A DNA stretch of 64,000 bases from Clostridiales bacterium (GCA_012517905.1 JAAYUE010000053.1:9750-73749); one strand, 5' to 3'; shown: positions 28,245-38,765, numbered from the stretch's first letter. Made by a program: numbers and translations. Notes: generated from the sequence alone by a model not told the origin.

Positions 28245-29742
28245 GGTTGGCTCCTCTCCGCGTATTGATCGCGTTGGTTGAATACAGCATGACGTCATGC
28301 TCGTTGATTTCATCATGGTCGAAGATCTTGACCACGCGCCCTTCAAAGAAGACGACGCAGCGGTCCGATACCTTCTTGATCTCCGGGATCTCGAGCGTAT
28401 TGATGATCACGGTCATTCCGCGCGATGCAAACTCAAGGATCAGCCGGTAGATCTCCGCCTTCGCGCCGACGTCCACGCCCTGCGTGGGGTTGTCCAGCAG
28501 CAGCACGTCCGCGTCGGTGTTGAGCCAGCGCGCGAGAAAGACCTTCTGCTGGTTTCCGCCCGAGAGCGAGAGGATGGAGTCCTTCGGGGATTCCGCCTTG
28601 ATCCAGAGCAGCTTTTTGAGCGCTTCGTACCGCTCGAGCTCGCGCCTGGTCGAGATGACCGGCTTTTTCAGCGAGATGGAGTGCTCCGCAATGCAGGTGT
28701 TGTCGAGGATGTCCACATCCGGCACGACGGAGTTTTCCTTGCGGTTGGAGGGCAGCATCGCCATGCCGTGTTTCATGAAGTGCGGAATCGCGCCGCGCAG
28801 CGTCTGATTTCCGACGCGGATGGAGCCGCCTTCAAACGGCATCACGCCGAACATCGTCTGCATCACTTCGCTCGCGCCGCTGCCGGCAAGGCCGGTAAAC
28901 GCGACGATTTCGCCCTTTCGAATGTCGAGCGTGACGTCCGAAAATCCGTGGCCGGAAAGATGCCGAAGCGATACGATCGGCTCCCCCAGCGGCCGCTTCT
29001 CGTAATAATCCTTGTCGAGGTACTGCTCGCCGACCATGTCCGAGGCGATCTGGTGCGGCGTGGTGTCCGCAATATTGCCCTGGGAGACGAACTTGCCGTT
29101 GCGAAACACGGTGTACCGGTCCGCAATCTCGAAGATCTCCGGCATTTTGTGCGATATAAAGATAAAGGAATTGCCCTGTGATTTCAGTTTTCTCAGGATT
29201 GTGAAGAGGTGCTCGACCTCCTGCGTGCTCAGCGCGGTGGTCGGCTCGTCCAGAATGAGCAGCTTCGCATCCGCGTGCAGCGCGCGGCTGATCTCGAGCA
29301 GCTGCTTCTGGCTCGTCTTCAGTTCGGAGACCATGGCGGTCGGGTCGATGTCCACGCCCAGCCGCTCAAACAGGACGCTCGCTTCCTCGATCATCCGCTT
29401 TCTGTCCAGAAGACCGATTTTCGTCTTCAGCTCGCGGTTTAAAAAGATATTCTCGAACACGGTCAGATCGTTGACCACGTTCACTTCCTGATGGACAAAC
29501 GCGATGCCCGCCCGCTCCATCTGCGTGATGGACGGCGTTTGATAGCTCTTGCCCTCAAACCGGATTTCGCCGGAGTCCATCGGGATGACGCCGGTGAGGA
29601 TGTTCATCAGCGTGGATTTTCCCGCGCCGTTTTCGCCCAGCAGCGCGTGTATCTCCCCGGCCTCGACCTGAAGATGCACGTCCGAGAGCGCGATCACGCC
29701 GCCAAACGCCTTTGAAATGTGCTGCATTTCAAGGATTGCCAT
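28234..29742 (-). CDS. Sugar ABC transporter ATP-binding protein (two fused ABC domains)
   Basis: ORF 28234..29859. Start at ATG 29742 (MAILEMQHISKAFGG). Walker A GENGAGKST, second domain GLAGSGASE, signature LSGGNQQKV. Confidence 0.92.
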   Translation of the reverse strand: MAILEMQHISKAFGGVIALSDVHLQVEAGEIHALLGENGAGKSTLMNILTGVIPMDSGEIRFEGKSYQTPSITQMERAGIAFVHQEVNVVNDLTVFENIFLNRELKTKIGLLDRKRMIEEASVLFERLGVDIDPTAMVSELKTSQKQLLEISRALHADAKLLILDEPTTALSTQEVEHLFTILRKLKSQGNSFIFISHKMPEIFEIADRYTVFRNGKFVSQGNIADTTPHQIASDMVGEQYLDKDYYEKRPLGEPIVSLRHLSGHGFSDVTLDIRKGEIVAFTGLAGSGASEVMQTMFGVMPFEGGSIRVGNQTLRGAIPHFMKHGMAMLPSNRKENSVVPDVDILDNTCIAEHSISLKKPVISTRRELERYEALKKLLWIKAESPKDSILSLSGGNQQKVFLARWLNTDADVLLLDNPTQGVDVGAKAEIYRLILEFASRGMTVIINTLEIPEIKKVSDRCVVFFEGRVVKIFDHDEINEHDVMLYSTNAINTRRGANHAG

Positions 29743-29936
29743 AGTTTGTGTCCCCGTTTTCCTCGTTTTTCGCGGAGTTCGGTTTCCGCCGCGGGTGGTT
29801 CTCTGTCTTAGCCGGTGGACCGCCGCCAATTTTGCGCTGCGGCGCCCGCTCGTCATCACCAGTATAATATCGATTGCCCGCCGGGAAAAGCCCGTTTTTT
29901 ACGGAACTTTTCCGTATCGGGTGCCCGTAACCATCG

Positions 29937-29970
29937 ACGTACGGATGCAGGCAAGCCTGCATCCGTACGT
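29937..29970 (-). other. Intercistronic stem-loop after the binding-protein gene
   Basis: Perfect 16-nt arms ACGTACGGATGCAGGC / GCCTGCATCCGTACGT. No U tract on the coding strand. Lies in a 269-nt spacer. Confidence 0.7.
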
Positions 29971-30011
29971 GCGACTTTGTTCGTCAGGTACTGTTTGTTC
30001 GGTTTTACGGA

Positions 30012-31190
30012 TTAATGACCCGTGAAGCCCTGATAGTTGGCAACGTTGCCCGCGTCCACAATCCATACGTCCTCATACTTGCCGTCGCCGACTTTGTAAT
30101 CCCAGTTGCCGGAGAGGTAGTCGAGCATGTAGTTGATGACGTTTTCGAACATCTTCGGCGAGAAGTAGACGGACATGAGGCCGTCAAAGTATGTCTGCGC
30201 CGTAGCTGCCTGCGCGGAGGTGCCGTCGATGACCGCATAGAGCTCGGCCATGCCGCCGATGGCGGAGGTGTAGACGTTCAGCGCCGCAAAGTCGGCCTTG
30301 GTCTGCTCGTCGATGGCGTTGGCTTCCAGCAGGTTCATCAGACCGAAGGTCATTTCATCGTCCATCGAGTAGATGTACAGCGAGCCGGAGGGTTTCGCCG
30401 TTGCGACGATGTCGGAGAGCTTCTGCTCGAGGTACTGGTACGCGCCGTCCGCGCTCCAGTTGCAGACCGTCTTGTATTCCGCGGTCAGAGTATCGATCTC
30501 TTCCTGGGTCCAGACCTGGGTGGTGTGGTAGGTTTCGTTCTTGTCCTTGTCGTAGTAGTCGAGTTCGCCGCGGAGGAACTGCTCAAAACCTTCCTGACGG
30601 CGGGAGCAGACGGTGCCGTTGTCGCCGATGAGGGTGACGAGCGTGGAACCCGGTACCATGCCGTTCATCTGGAGCCAATAGGCGATGCCCGCGCCGCACT
30701 GCCAGTTGTTACCGGAGGCGTTCAGGATTGCATACTGGTCCGGACCTTCGATGATACGGTCGAACGAGATGAACGGGACGTTCGCGGCGATCAGGGCTTC
30801 CTGACCGGCCTTGGCGGAATCTTCAAGAGCGAAGAAGACTACGCCCACGGCGTCGTTGTTGGCGAGAATGGTCTGCACCTGGTCAACCTGCTCTTCGCCG
30901 GTGGACGCGGCCATGTAGACGGCCTTGTAGGTGCCTTCCGCGTTGATCTCAGCAACCTTCTGCTCGGCGTACACGCCAGCCTGTGCGGTCCAGCCATGAT
31001 CCGGCGTGGGGCCAAGCACGTAGATGGTGCCGCCGGCGGTCTCCGTTGTCGTCTCCGCGGCAGGCTGCGCAGCCGTATCCGCGGGCTGATCGGCCGCGGA
31101 GGTGTCCGCCGCCGGTGTCGTGGTGCTTCCGCATGCGGCAAAGCTTGCCAGCATGAAAACACACATGAGAATCGCGAGGAATTTTTTCAT
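30012..31190 (-). CDS. Sugar ABC transporter substrate-binding lipoprotein (periplasmic-binding type I fold)
   Basis: 392-aa ORF. Signal peptide with lipobox LASFAAC, then a Thr/Ala/Pro-rich linker. Confidence 0.88.
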   Translation of the reverse strand: MKKFLAILMCVFMLASFAACGSTTTPAADTSAADQPADTAAQPAAETTTETAGGTIYVLGPTPDHGWTAQAGVYAEQKVAEINAEGTYKAVYMAASTGEEQVDQVQTILANNDAVGVVFFALEDSAKAGQEALIAANVPFISFDRIIEGPDQYAILNASGNNWQCGAGIAYWLQMNGMVPGSTLVTLIGDNGTVCSRRQEGFEQFLRGELDYYDKDKNETYHTTQVWTQEEIDTLTAEYKTVCNWSADGAYQYLEQKLSDIVATAKPSGSLYIYSMDDEMTFGLMNLLEANAIDEQTKADFAALNVYTSAIGGMAELYAVIDGTSAQAATAQTYFDGLMSVYFSPKMFENVINYMLDYLSGNWDYKVGDGKYEDVWIVDAGNVANYQGFTGH

Positions 31191-31225
31191 GATTTCTCTC
31201 CTTTTATTTTGTATTTATAACAACC

Positions 31226-31240
31226 AATGACTTGGTCATT
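31226..31240. promoter_or_regulatory. Candidate operator palindrome next to a TATAAAT box upstream of the binding-protein gene
   Basis: AATGAC-TTG-GTCATT, with minus-strand TATAAAT at 31213..31219. Confidence 0.3.
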
Positions 31241-31346
31241 ACCCAGGAAAAAGAGGTCGCGCCGGAATAACGGCCCATTGAGCGGTTATGCTCCGAATTG
31301 AGGTTCAGCCAATCGCGCCGTATGCGGCCGCCCGACGGATGGACGC

Positions 31347-32384
31347 TTACAGCTCCACGATGCGGTTGCTCTCGGCGGACTCCAGGCAGGCGAAGACCAC
31401 GCGCATGGAGTTGACGATGTCCTCCGCGTCCAGAACGGTCTTCTTTCCGTCCAGCACCGCCTCGACAAACTGGTCGATCACACCGCTGCTCGTCTGCTGC
31501 GCGTCGTCGTTGGTCTGCATGCGATCGAGCTCGTAGTGCGCCTTCGTCCCGTCGGCATACACCACCTGCAGCGCATAGCGCGGGTCGTGGTAGAGCTTCA
31601 GGATGCCCTTTTCGCAGTAGAGCGAGGAGGTGTTGCATTCTTCGCCGTAGTGCGTCCAGCTTGTGGTGACGGTGCCGAGCGCGCCGTTTTTGAAGCTCAA
31701 AATCTCAACGGAATTGTCGTCCACCTCGATCGGCGTGCCGTCCGGAAATTTCTTGTCCAGCGTCGCAAGGCGGCTGAACACGCTCTTGACGTCGTCCCCG
31801 ATCAGATAGCGCATCAGGTCGATCTTATGGATGCCGAGGTCGGCCATGGAGCCGAACGCCGCGGCGTTTTTCTTGAAAAACCAGGTGTTGCTGCTCTTGT
31901 CCACGCTCCACATCTCCGGTCCTTTGTGGCCGAACGTCGCGGCAAAGCTGATCACGCGGCCGAGCTCGCCGGAGGCCAGCAGTTCCTTTGCCTTGCGGTG
32001 CGCGGGCGTCAGGCGCTGATTGTGGTCGATCAGCAGGCGTTTGCCGCTCTTTTTCGCGGCGGCGAGCATATCCTCGCAGTCTTTGAGCGTGATCGCCATG
32101 GGCTTTTCGCAGAGCACGTGCTTGCCGTGATTGAGCGCATCGATCGTAATCGGCGCGTGAAACGCGTTTGCAACGCATACGCTCACGGCGTCGATGGAGG
32201 GATCGGCGATGAGCTCCTCCGCGGTATCGTATACCTTGCCGCCGAAGTCCTTTGCCATGGCTTCCGCGCGCGGGCGGGAGAGGTCGAACACCGCGGCGAT
32301 GTTCGTGCGCTCGTTGTGTCGATATTCCGCTGCGTGCCGCTGTCTCGCAATCGAGCCGCAGCCGATGATGCCTACGTTTAACAT
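31347..32384 (-). CDS. Gfo/Idh/MocA-family NAD(P)-dependent oxidoreductase
   Basis: 345-aa ORF with Rossmann N-terminus MLNVGIIGCGSIARQRH and the EKP motif (VLCEKPMA). Confidence 0.9.
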   Translation of the reverse strand: MLNVGIIGCGSIARQRHAAEYRHNERTNIAAVFDLSRPRAEAMAKDFGGKVYDTAEELIADPSIDAVSVCVANAFHAPITIDALNHGKHVLCEKPMAITLKDCEDMLAAAKKSGKRLLIDHNQRLTPAHRKAKELLASGELGRVISFAATFGHKGPEMWSVDKSSNTWFFKKNAAAFGSMADLGIHKIDLMRYLIGDDVKSVFSRLATLDKKFPDGTPIEVDDNSVEILSFKNGALGTVTTSWTHYGEECNTSSLYCEKGILKLYHDPRYALQVVYADGTKAHYELDRMQTNDDAQQTSSGVIDQFVEAVLDGKKTVLDAEDIVNSMRVVFACLESAESNRIVEL

Positions 32385-32405
32385 GGTCGGTACCCCCTGT
32401 GAAAT

Positions 32406-33437
32406 CTAGTCTGTATTGCTTCGGGTTCGGTCCGTTTTCTGCGCGGCCGACTCCCGCAGGACGATCTTGTGCGGCAGATAGACTTCGCTCTGCGCGCCGG
32501 GTTTTTGCTGAATATGGTCGTAGAGCATCAGCATGCTCCCGCGTCCGAGTTCGTAGCACGGCACGGCAACCGTTGTCAGATAAGGATGAAACATCGTCGT
32601 ATAGTCGACGTCGTCGAATCCCGCGACGCTGAGGTCCCAGGGGACCTGCAGCCCGAGCTTGCCGGCGGCGGCGATCACGCCCAGGGCAAGAATGTCCGAA
32701 ACGCAGAACACCGCGCTCGGCGGGTCGGCGGCTTCCAGCAGCGTCCGCGCCGCCTGTTTGCCGCTGGCAAACGAGTAGTCGGCCGAGGCATATGCAACGA
32801 GCGAGTCGTCCGGGTCTATCCCCGCCTCTTCCAGCGCGTCCCGATAGCCGCGCAGGCGGTCCGCGCTCGAGAGATATCGGTTGGCGCTGGTCACGATGCC
32901 GATGCGCCTGTGTCCCAGCGAGACGAGGTGTGAAACCGTGTCGCGCGCGGCGGCGCGGTTGTCGACCGAAATATGCGGTATCTGTGCGCCTTCGACATAT
33001 TCCGAACACTGGACGAGCGGGTATCGGCTTGCGTAGGATTCCAGCCAGCGGTCGTCCCTGTTGCAGGCCAGCGTGATCATGCCGTCCGCCCGGTTTTTCT
33101 GGAAGAGGCTTTCCACGAGCGATTCGTCCAGCGCGTCGCTGTCGTATGTGTTATAGATCAAGGTGCTGTAGCCAAGGTTTCTCGAAACGTCGCAAATGCC
33201 CGCGAGCACGTTGGAATAATACGGGTTGGAAAAGTTCGGCGCGAGGATGAGGATGATGCGGCTCTCGTTTTTTCGCAGGTTCCGGGCGGAGAGGTTCGGC
33301 TCGTAGGAGAGCCTAGCGACCGCCTCGCGCACCCTCGCCTCCGTGTCCGGCAGGACGCGTCCCGTTTCGTTGAGCACGCGCGACACGGTTGCGACGGAAA
33401 CGCCCGCGGCGCGCGCGACGTCCTCGATCTTCACCAT
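32406..33437 (-). CDS. LacI-family transcriptional regulator
   Basis: ORF 32406..33446. ATG 33437 has GGAGGTG 6 nt upstream. HTH VKIEDVARAAGVSVATVSRVLN. Confidence 0.92.
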   Translation of the reverse strand: MVKIEDVARAAGVSVATVSRVLNETGRVLPDTEARVREAVARLSYEPNLSARNLRKNESRIILILAPNFSNPYYSNVLAGICDVSRNLGYSTLIYNTYDSDALDESLVESLFQKNRADGMITLACNRDDRWLESYASRYPLVQCSEYVEGAQIPHISVDNRAAARDTVSHLVSLGHRRIGIVTSANRYLSSADRLRGYRDALEEAGIDPDDSLVAYASADYSFASGKQAARTLLEAADPPSAVFCVSDILALGVIAAAGKLGLQVPWDLSVAGFDDVDYTTMFHPYLTTVAVPCYELGRGSMLMLYDHIQQKPGAQSEVYLPHKIVLRESAAQKTDRTRSNTD

Positions 33438-33491
33438 CCGCAGCACCTCCTGCGATTCGCCCCTGTGCGGGGACTCTCCGGACGTTTTCTC

Positions 33492-33513
33492 GACATGTAA
33501 TGGATTACATGTC
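33492..33513. promoter_or_regulatory. Candidate LacI-type operator: perfect 10+10 inverted repeat
   Basis: GACATGTAAT-GG-ATTACATGTC, 55 nt upstream of the LacI gene start. Confidence 0.5.
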
Positions 33514-33557
33514 CGTTAAATCAAGGGGCCGCGGCCCGCCCGCGGCGAAGCAAGCAC

Positions 33558-34478
33558 TTATTCGCTCCAGAGAAATTGACTGACGTACCGCTGGGACAGG
33601 CGAAGCGACATGAGCCGATCTTCCAGCGTGTCCTCAAATGCTTTGTCTTCCACCTCGACGGCGATGTGGCCGTTGTAGCCGACGTCCGTCAGCGCGGAGA
33701 CAAATTTACCCCAGTCGATTTCCCCAAGGCCGGGCAGTTTGGGCAGCATGTAGTCGAGCGGCGCCGCGAAGATGCCGACTTCGTCGAGCAGGTCTTTGCG
33801 GATCTTCGCGTCCTTGATATGGACGTGGAACAGTTTGTCGGTAAACTCGTAGATGGGGCGGATATAGTCCATCTGCTGCAGTAAAAAATGCGAGGGGTCG
33901 TAGTTCAGGCCAAAGTTTGCGCTGTCGATCGTGGAAAACATCTCGCGCCAGATGCGCGGCGAGACGGCGAGGTTTTTGCCGCCCGGCCATTCGTCCTGCG
34001 TGAAGAGCATCGGGCAGTTTTCAATGGCAACGCGGACGCCGTTGTCCTCGGCAAAGCGGATGATATCCGGCCAGACCTTTTTGAACATGCGCATGTTGTC
34101 GGAAAGATTTGCGTGCTGGTCCCTGCCGATGAAGGTGTTGACCGCGTTGACGTCGAGCTTTCGCGCGGCAAGGATGAGCTTTTTGATGTGGCTTCTCGCC
34201 TCTTCGGCCTTTGCCGCGTCCGGATCGAGCGGGTTGGGATAGTATCCCAGCGCGGAGATCTCCACGCCGGTCTCGGCAAGCTTTTCACGGATCGCCTGCA
34301 CGCGCGCTTCGTCGAGCGCGTCCGCGTCGATATGCGTCACACCCGCATAGCGGCGCTCCGCCTTGCCGACCGGCCAACACATCATCTCCACGCTGCGGTA
34401 TCCGTTGGCCGCAGCAAAGTCCACGACGTATTCAAACGACTGATCGGGCAAAATCGCGCTGGCAAATCCGAGTTTCAT
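33558..34478 (-). CDS. Sugar phosphate isomerase/epimerase (xylose-isomerase-like TIM barrel)
   Basis: ORF 33558..34604 begins with GTG. ATG 34478 (MKLGFASAILPDQSFEYV) has AAAGGAA upstream. Confidence 0.85.
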   Translation of the reverse strand: MKLGFASAILPDQSFEYVVDFAAANGYRSVEMMCWPVGKAERRYAGVTHIDADALDEARVQAIREKLAETGVEISALGYYPNPLDPDAAKAEEARSHIKKLILAARKLDVNAVNTFIGRDQHANLSDNMRMFKKVWPDIIRFAEDNGVRVAIENCPMLFTQDEWPGGKNLAVSPRIWREMFSTIDSANFGLNYDPSHFLLQQMDYIRPIYEFTDKLFHVHIKDAKIRKDLLDEVGIFAAPLDYMLPKLPGLGEIDWGKFVSALTDVGYNGHIAVEVEDKAFEDTLEDRLMSLRLSQRYVSQFLWSE

Positions 34479-34629
34479 GGCTTTATTCCTTTGGTTCAAA
34501 TTATTGTGTCTGTTGCGCCGGGTTCGAACGATTGACCGGCCTGGTATTTCGATTCGCCCTTCTGGACGGGCGGAGGAAATGCTGATGGCCCCGCAGGGTC
34601 TCACCTTGGTTTCAATTTATCATCCCTTA

Positions 34630-34735
34630 CACAACATGTCAATATATTTTACATAATTTACATGGTATATTATTTTGGCTTACATTTTTTACATTTTAGC
34701 TCGATTTAGTCGCTAAAATATGTCGATTTACACAG
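34630..34735. promoter_or_regulatory. AT-rich divergent control region with four TTACAT direct repeats
   Basis: TTACAT at 34649, 34658, 34680 and 34689 (two pairs, each spaced 9 nt). ACATGT at 34634. TGTCGATTTACA at 34721..34732. Shares the TTACATG core with the palindrome at 33492..33513. Confidence 0.35.
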
Positions 34736-34784
34736 CCAATCATTTGTGATATGATAATATGAGGTTGTAAAAAAAGGATCGATC

Positions 34785-35774
34785 ATGTCTCAGATTAAAA
34801 AGAAAACGACATTGCAGGATGTCGCGGACGCGGCCGGGGTTTCCATCGCCACAGTTTCGCGCGCCATCAACAACAAATCCAGCGTCAAAGAAGGAACCTA
34901 CGGGAAGATCCTGCAGGCGATGTATGCGCTGGGCTACGACAGCACGGTCCGGCACGAGAGCCATCTGATTTTGATTCTCCTGCCGGACATCGATAACCCG
35001 TTTTATTCCGACGTGATCCGCGGCATCTCTTCCGCGGCGGGCCGGCAGGGGTATCAGGAGATCATTATCCGCACCGGCGCGCACCCGCTGACGCTCTCGT
35101 TCATCGAGGAGATGATCGGCAAGACGCACGCCGACGGCGTGATCACGCTCGACCCCATCCCCTCGGCGGACACGATCTCAAAGCTCGAGATGCACACGCC
35201 GCTGATTCAATGCGCCGAATATAATGAAGAAAGCGCCGCTTCCTATGTGTCGATCGACGACGTGGCGGTCAGCCGCGCCGTGGTCGACTATATCCTTTCC
35301 AAGGGCAGGCGCCGCGTGGCGCTGATCACCGGCCCGCTGAAATACAAGTATTCCAGAAAGCGCCGGGCGGGCTTCATCGCCGGGCTTGAGGACGCCGGCA
35401 TCACCCCCGCCGCCAACATGATCGTGCCGGTGCCGGAGTTTTCCTACGACGCGGCGGTGTCCATCGCCACGCAGCTTTTGAGCATGCCCGAGCGGCCGGA
35501 CGCGATCTTTGCCGCTTCGGACGTGTTCGCCGTCGCCGCCATCAAGGCGGCGAAGCGCCTCGGCATCTCCATCCCGAAGGACCTCGGCGTCATCGGATTT
35601 GACAACACGAATATCTCCATCATGTCCGAGCCCGCGCTCACGACGGTGAAGCAGCCGCAGTATCAGCTGGGCTTTCTCGCCTGCGAGATGCTCATCGAGC
35701 AGATGCACAACCCCTGCCTCGCCCCGCGCCAGATCATGCTCGACGCGGAGATCATCATCCGCGAATCGCTGTAG
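34785..35774 (+). CDS. LacI-family transcriptional regulator (second copy)
   Basis: 329-aa ORF with HTH TLQDVADAAGVSIATVSRAIN and an ATG start. Confidence 0.92.
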   Translation: MSQIKKKTTLQDVADAAGVSIATVSRAINNKSSVKEGTYGKILQAMYALGYDSTVRHESHLILILLPDIDNPFYSDVIRGISSAAGRQGYQEIIIRTGAHPLTLSFIEEMIGKTHADGVITLDPIPSADTISKLEMHTPLIQCAEYNEESAASYVSIDDVAVSRAVVDYILSKGRRRVALITGPLKYKYSRKRRAGFIAGLEDAGITPAANMIVPVPEFSYDAAVSIATQLLSMPERPDAIFAASDVFAVAAIKAAKRLGISIPKDLGVIGFDNTNISIMSEPALTTVKQPQYQLGFLACEMLIEQMHNPCLAPRQIMLDAEIIIRESL

Positions 35775-35841
35775 CGCGCGATTTCGGCCGAAGCTTTCAG
35801 CAAATTTCGGCTATCGGGCATCGCCGCGATTAAAAGCGCAT

Positions 35842-35877
35842 AAAAGCCCTGTTCGAATCGATTCGAACAGGGCTTTT
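35842..35877. terminator. Bidirectional rho-independent terminator
   Basis: AAAAGCCCTGTTCGAATCGATTCGAACAGGGCTTTT: perfect long palindromic stem flanked by A4/T4, between convergent genes. Confidence 0.85.
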
Positions 35878-35937
35878 CTTGTTCAATTGGGCACGCAAAG
35901 CGAACGCCGCACGGATTCGCGGCGCGATGGCCTCGGC

Positions 35938-36729
35938 TTATTCCGCTTCCTCCGGCTCCTTGCCGGCTTTCACGAAAAATTCCTCATACCCCGCCGCGTT
36001 GATGAGCCCGAGCAGCAGCGGCAGCACAAGCGACATGAGGATCGCCGCGAGCACGCCGAGCACGATAAACGCGCGCCCGACGCGCGGGATGAGCGACAGC
36101 GCGCCGAATACGAGCAGCACGAGCCATACGGCCAGCATGACAAGGAAGTCGGCCAGGAACATCCTGCCTTTATACCCCTCCGTCTTCTTCATGGAGAGGC
36201 GCAGCGCTTCGGTTGCGGAGATATCCGGGTCCTGAATCATGATATACGGCACAAACCGGTAAGAATACGACTTGATGATTGCAAACACCGGGCCCGCGAG
36301 CGGAATCAAGCCCCAGATGAGAATCCAGAGCGCCATCCAGCCCATGCCGCCCGCCACCTTGAAGAAGCGCTTGAATCCGGCGAACAGCGCGTCCGAATTG
36401 ACCTCCTCGCCCCGGTAGCCGGCGAGATACACCGCCGCCATGCCCGCGTTGAACACAAGCGCGATGGGCACCGAGATGATCGGCAGCACGCCGAACATAG
36501 CCGCCAGGCCGACGAGCAGCTGGCAGAGCAGGGACAGTCCCCAGAGACGAAACGGCTTCTGCTCGAGCACTTTGAGCGCCTTAAAAATCAGGTCGCGGGA
36601 ACGGACGCCCGGTTTTGCAACGTGCTGTTTCCGCGTCTGAAACGGCTTTCCGCCATCCACCGGCATCCCGCAGTTCGGGCAGAATTTTTCGCTTGACAGT
36701 TCCTTTCCGCAATTCATACAAAACGGCAT
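35938..36729 (-). CDS. Membrane protein with an N-terminal zinc-ribbon
   Basis: 263-aa ORF. CMNCGKELSSEKFCPNCG followed by several hydrophobic helices. Confidence 0.75.
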   Translation of the reverse strand: MPFCMNCGKELSSEKFCPNCGMPVDGGKPFQTRKQHVAKPGVRSRDLIFKALKVLEQKPFRLWGLSLLCQLLVGLAAMFGVLPIISVPIALVFNAGMAAVYLAGYRGEEVNSDALFAGFKRFFKVAGGMGWMALWILIWGLIPLAGPVFAIIKSYSYRFVPYIMIQDPDISATEALRLSMKKTEGYKGRMFLADFLVMLAVWLVLLVFGALSLIPRVGRAFIVLGVLAAILMSLVLPLLLGLINAAGYEEFFVKAGKEPEEAE

Positions 36730-37195
36730 ATGCTACCCCCTCCATGTTCTGTTGATAAAGATTACGCGAAGCGCTGGTTACAGTATACAATACCCGATAA
36801 AAAAGCGCCAGATTTCTCGCGCTGAAAAACGCGCCTCCAGCTCAGTTTCGCAGAGAATGGGAAGAAATTCCGAGCCGCCCGCATCCCGCGCCGCTCTATA
36901 TGCCCTCACCACGCCTGCCGGTGGAACGGGCGCCATCCGCGTCGCGGCATGCGCGCTCCTTTTCGTCCGACCGCCGGTTTGTTTTTTTCATTGTATCATA
37001 TTATAATATGTGCAAGTTTATTTCGCCTGTCGTTGACGCAGCGCAGCGCCTGCATCCTGCCCGTCTTGTTTCAGCACGATTGCATTCGGGGGTTCCCATC
37101 CGGCCCGTATGGGCGTATACTCTTACGAAACGAATCCGTTGCCGCAGTCTCCCGCGGATTTTCCGCCGGCACCACATTACTCGAAAGGAACCGCC

Positions 37196-38707
37196 ATGGC
37201 ACAATATTTTGACGAACCCTCGCATACGTTTTCGGAATACCTGCTCGTTCCGAGCTACTCCTCCGCCGCCTGCACGCCGCAGAACGTCTCGCTCCGAACG
37301 CCGGTGTGCAAATTCCGCGTCGGCGAGTCGAGCCCGCTGAGCATGAGCATTCCGCTCGTTTCAGCGGTCATGCAGTCCGTCTCCGGCGAAAAGCTCGCCG
37401 CGGCGCTTGCGCGCGAGGGCGGCATCTCCTTTCTCTTCGTCTCCCAGCCCATCGATTCCCAGGCGGCGATGGTGCGAACGGTGAAAAAATCCAAGTCCGG
37501 ATTTGTCCGAAGCGACAGCAACGTCACCCCGCAGCATACGATGGCGGATGTGATGGCGCTCAAGGCAAGCACCGGCCACTCCACCGTGGCGGTCACCGAG
37601 GACGGAAGCCCGTTTGGAAAGCTCCTCGGCATCGTGACGAGCCGGGACTACCGCCCGAGCCGCATGGACCCCGAGACGAAGGTGGCGGACTTTATGACGC
37701 CCGTCGGGCGGTTGGTTTGCGGCACGGAAGGCGTCTCCCTCTCCGAGGCGAACGACGTCATCTGGGAACACAAGCTCAACGCCCTGCCCATCGTATCGAA
37801 GGACGGCAACATGGTCTCCTTCGTCTTTCGCAAGGACTACGACTCCCACAAGGAGAATCCCGGCGAACTGCTGGACAGCCAGAAGCGCTATACCGTCGGC
37901 GCCGGCATCAACACGCGGGACTACGAGGACCGCGTCCCCGCGCTGGTCGAGGCGGGCGCGGACATCCTCTGCATCGACTCCTCGGAAGGCTACACCGAGT
38001 GGCAGGCGAAGACCATCGCGTTTATCCGCTCGCGATACGGCGACAGCGTCAAGGTCGGCGCGGGCAACGTGGTGGATGGCGAAGGGTTCCGTTTTCTCGC
38101 GGACGCGGGCGCGGACTTCGTCAAAATCGGCATCGGCGGCGGTTCCATCTGCACCACGCGCGAGGCGAAAGGCATCGGGCGCGGGCAGGCGACCGCCGTG
38201 CAGGACGTCGCCGCCGCGCGGGACGCCTACGCCAAAGAGACGGGCGTATACGTTCCCGTCTGCTCGGACGGCGGCATCGTGCTGGACTATCACATCACGC
38301 TCGCGCTCGCCATGGGCGCGGACTTCTGCATGCTGGGGCGGTACTTCGCCCGCTGCGACGAGAGCCCGACGAGCAAGGTGTTCATCAACGGCAGCTATAT
38401 GAAAGAGTACTGGGGCGAGGGCAGCGCCCGCGCGCGCAACTGGCAGCGCTACGACAGCGGCGGCGAGGCGAAGCTCACCTTCGAAGAAGGCGTGGACAGC
38501 TATGTTCCCTACGCGGGCAGTCTGCACCACAACGTGGAGCAGACGCTGAGCAAGGTACGCTCCACCATGAGCAACTGCGGCGCGATGACCATCCCCGAAC
38601 TGCGTGAAAAAGCGCGGCTCACGCTCGTCTCCGCCGCAACGCTGACCGAGGGAGGCGCGCACGACGTGCTGCTCAAGGACAGGAGCTATTTCCGTTCGTT
38701 TGAATAA
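37196..38707 (+). CDS. guaB: IMP dehydrogenase
   Basis: ORF 37109..38707. ATG 37196 has AAAGGAA upstream. N-terminus [19 protein letters not shown], catalytic loop [15 protein letters not shown] pair insert. Confidence 0.93.
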   Translation: MAQYFDEPSHTFSEYLLVPSYSSAACTPQNVSLRTPVCKFRVGESSPLSMSIPLVSAVMQSVSGEKLAAALAREGGISFLFVSQPIDSQAAMVRTVKKSKSGFVRSDSNVTPQHTMADVMALKASTGHSTVAVTEDGSPFGKLLGIVTSRDYRPSRMDPETKVADFMTPVGRLVCGTEGVSLSEANDVIWEHKLNALPIVSKDGNMVSFVFRKDYDSHKENPGELLDSQKRYTVGAGINTRDYEDRVPALVEAGADILCIDSSEGYTEWQAKTIAFIRSRYGDSVKVGAGNVVDGEGFRFLADAGADFVKIGIGGGSICTTREAKGIGRGQATAVQDVAAARDAYAKETGVYVPVCSDGGIVLDYHITLALAMGADFCMLGRYFARCDESPTSKVFINGSYMKEYWGEGSARARNWQRYDSGGEAKLTFEEGVDSYVPYAGSLHHNVEQTLSKVRSTMSNCGAMTIPELREKARLTLVSAATLTEGGAHDVLLKDRSYFRSFE

Positions 38708-38722
38708 GAACCGACCATATGC

Positions 38723-38754
38723 AAAAAAACGCCGCGAAAACGCGGCGTTTTTTG
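38723..38754. terminator. Bidirectional rho-independent terminator
   Basis: AAAAAAACGCCGCG-AAAA-CGCGGCGTTTTTTG between convergent guaB and the VOC gene. Confidence 0.88.
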
Positions 38755-38765
38755 TTTGGCGGCAA

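Noticed and set aside
29743-30011. Possible small gene or sRNA in the 269-nt spacer between the sugar binding-protein and ATPase genes (ORFs 29729..29962 and 29815..30015).
   Set aside because: The ORFs lack an RBS and overlap the perfect hairpin. The spacer is better explained as an mRNA-processing or stability element.
36730-37195. Purine/guanine riboswitch upstream of guaB (and upstream of purE).
   Set aside because: I looked for the conserved purine-aptamer features (UAUA P1, AUAUGG loop, GUUUCUACC junction, CCGUAAA loop) and found none. Only a weak TTGTTT, 17 nt, TATAAT promoter candidate lies near 36980..37005.
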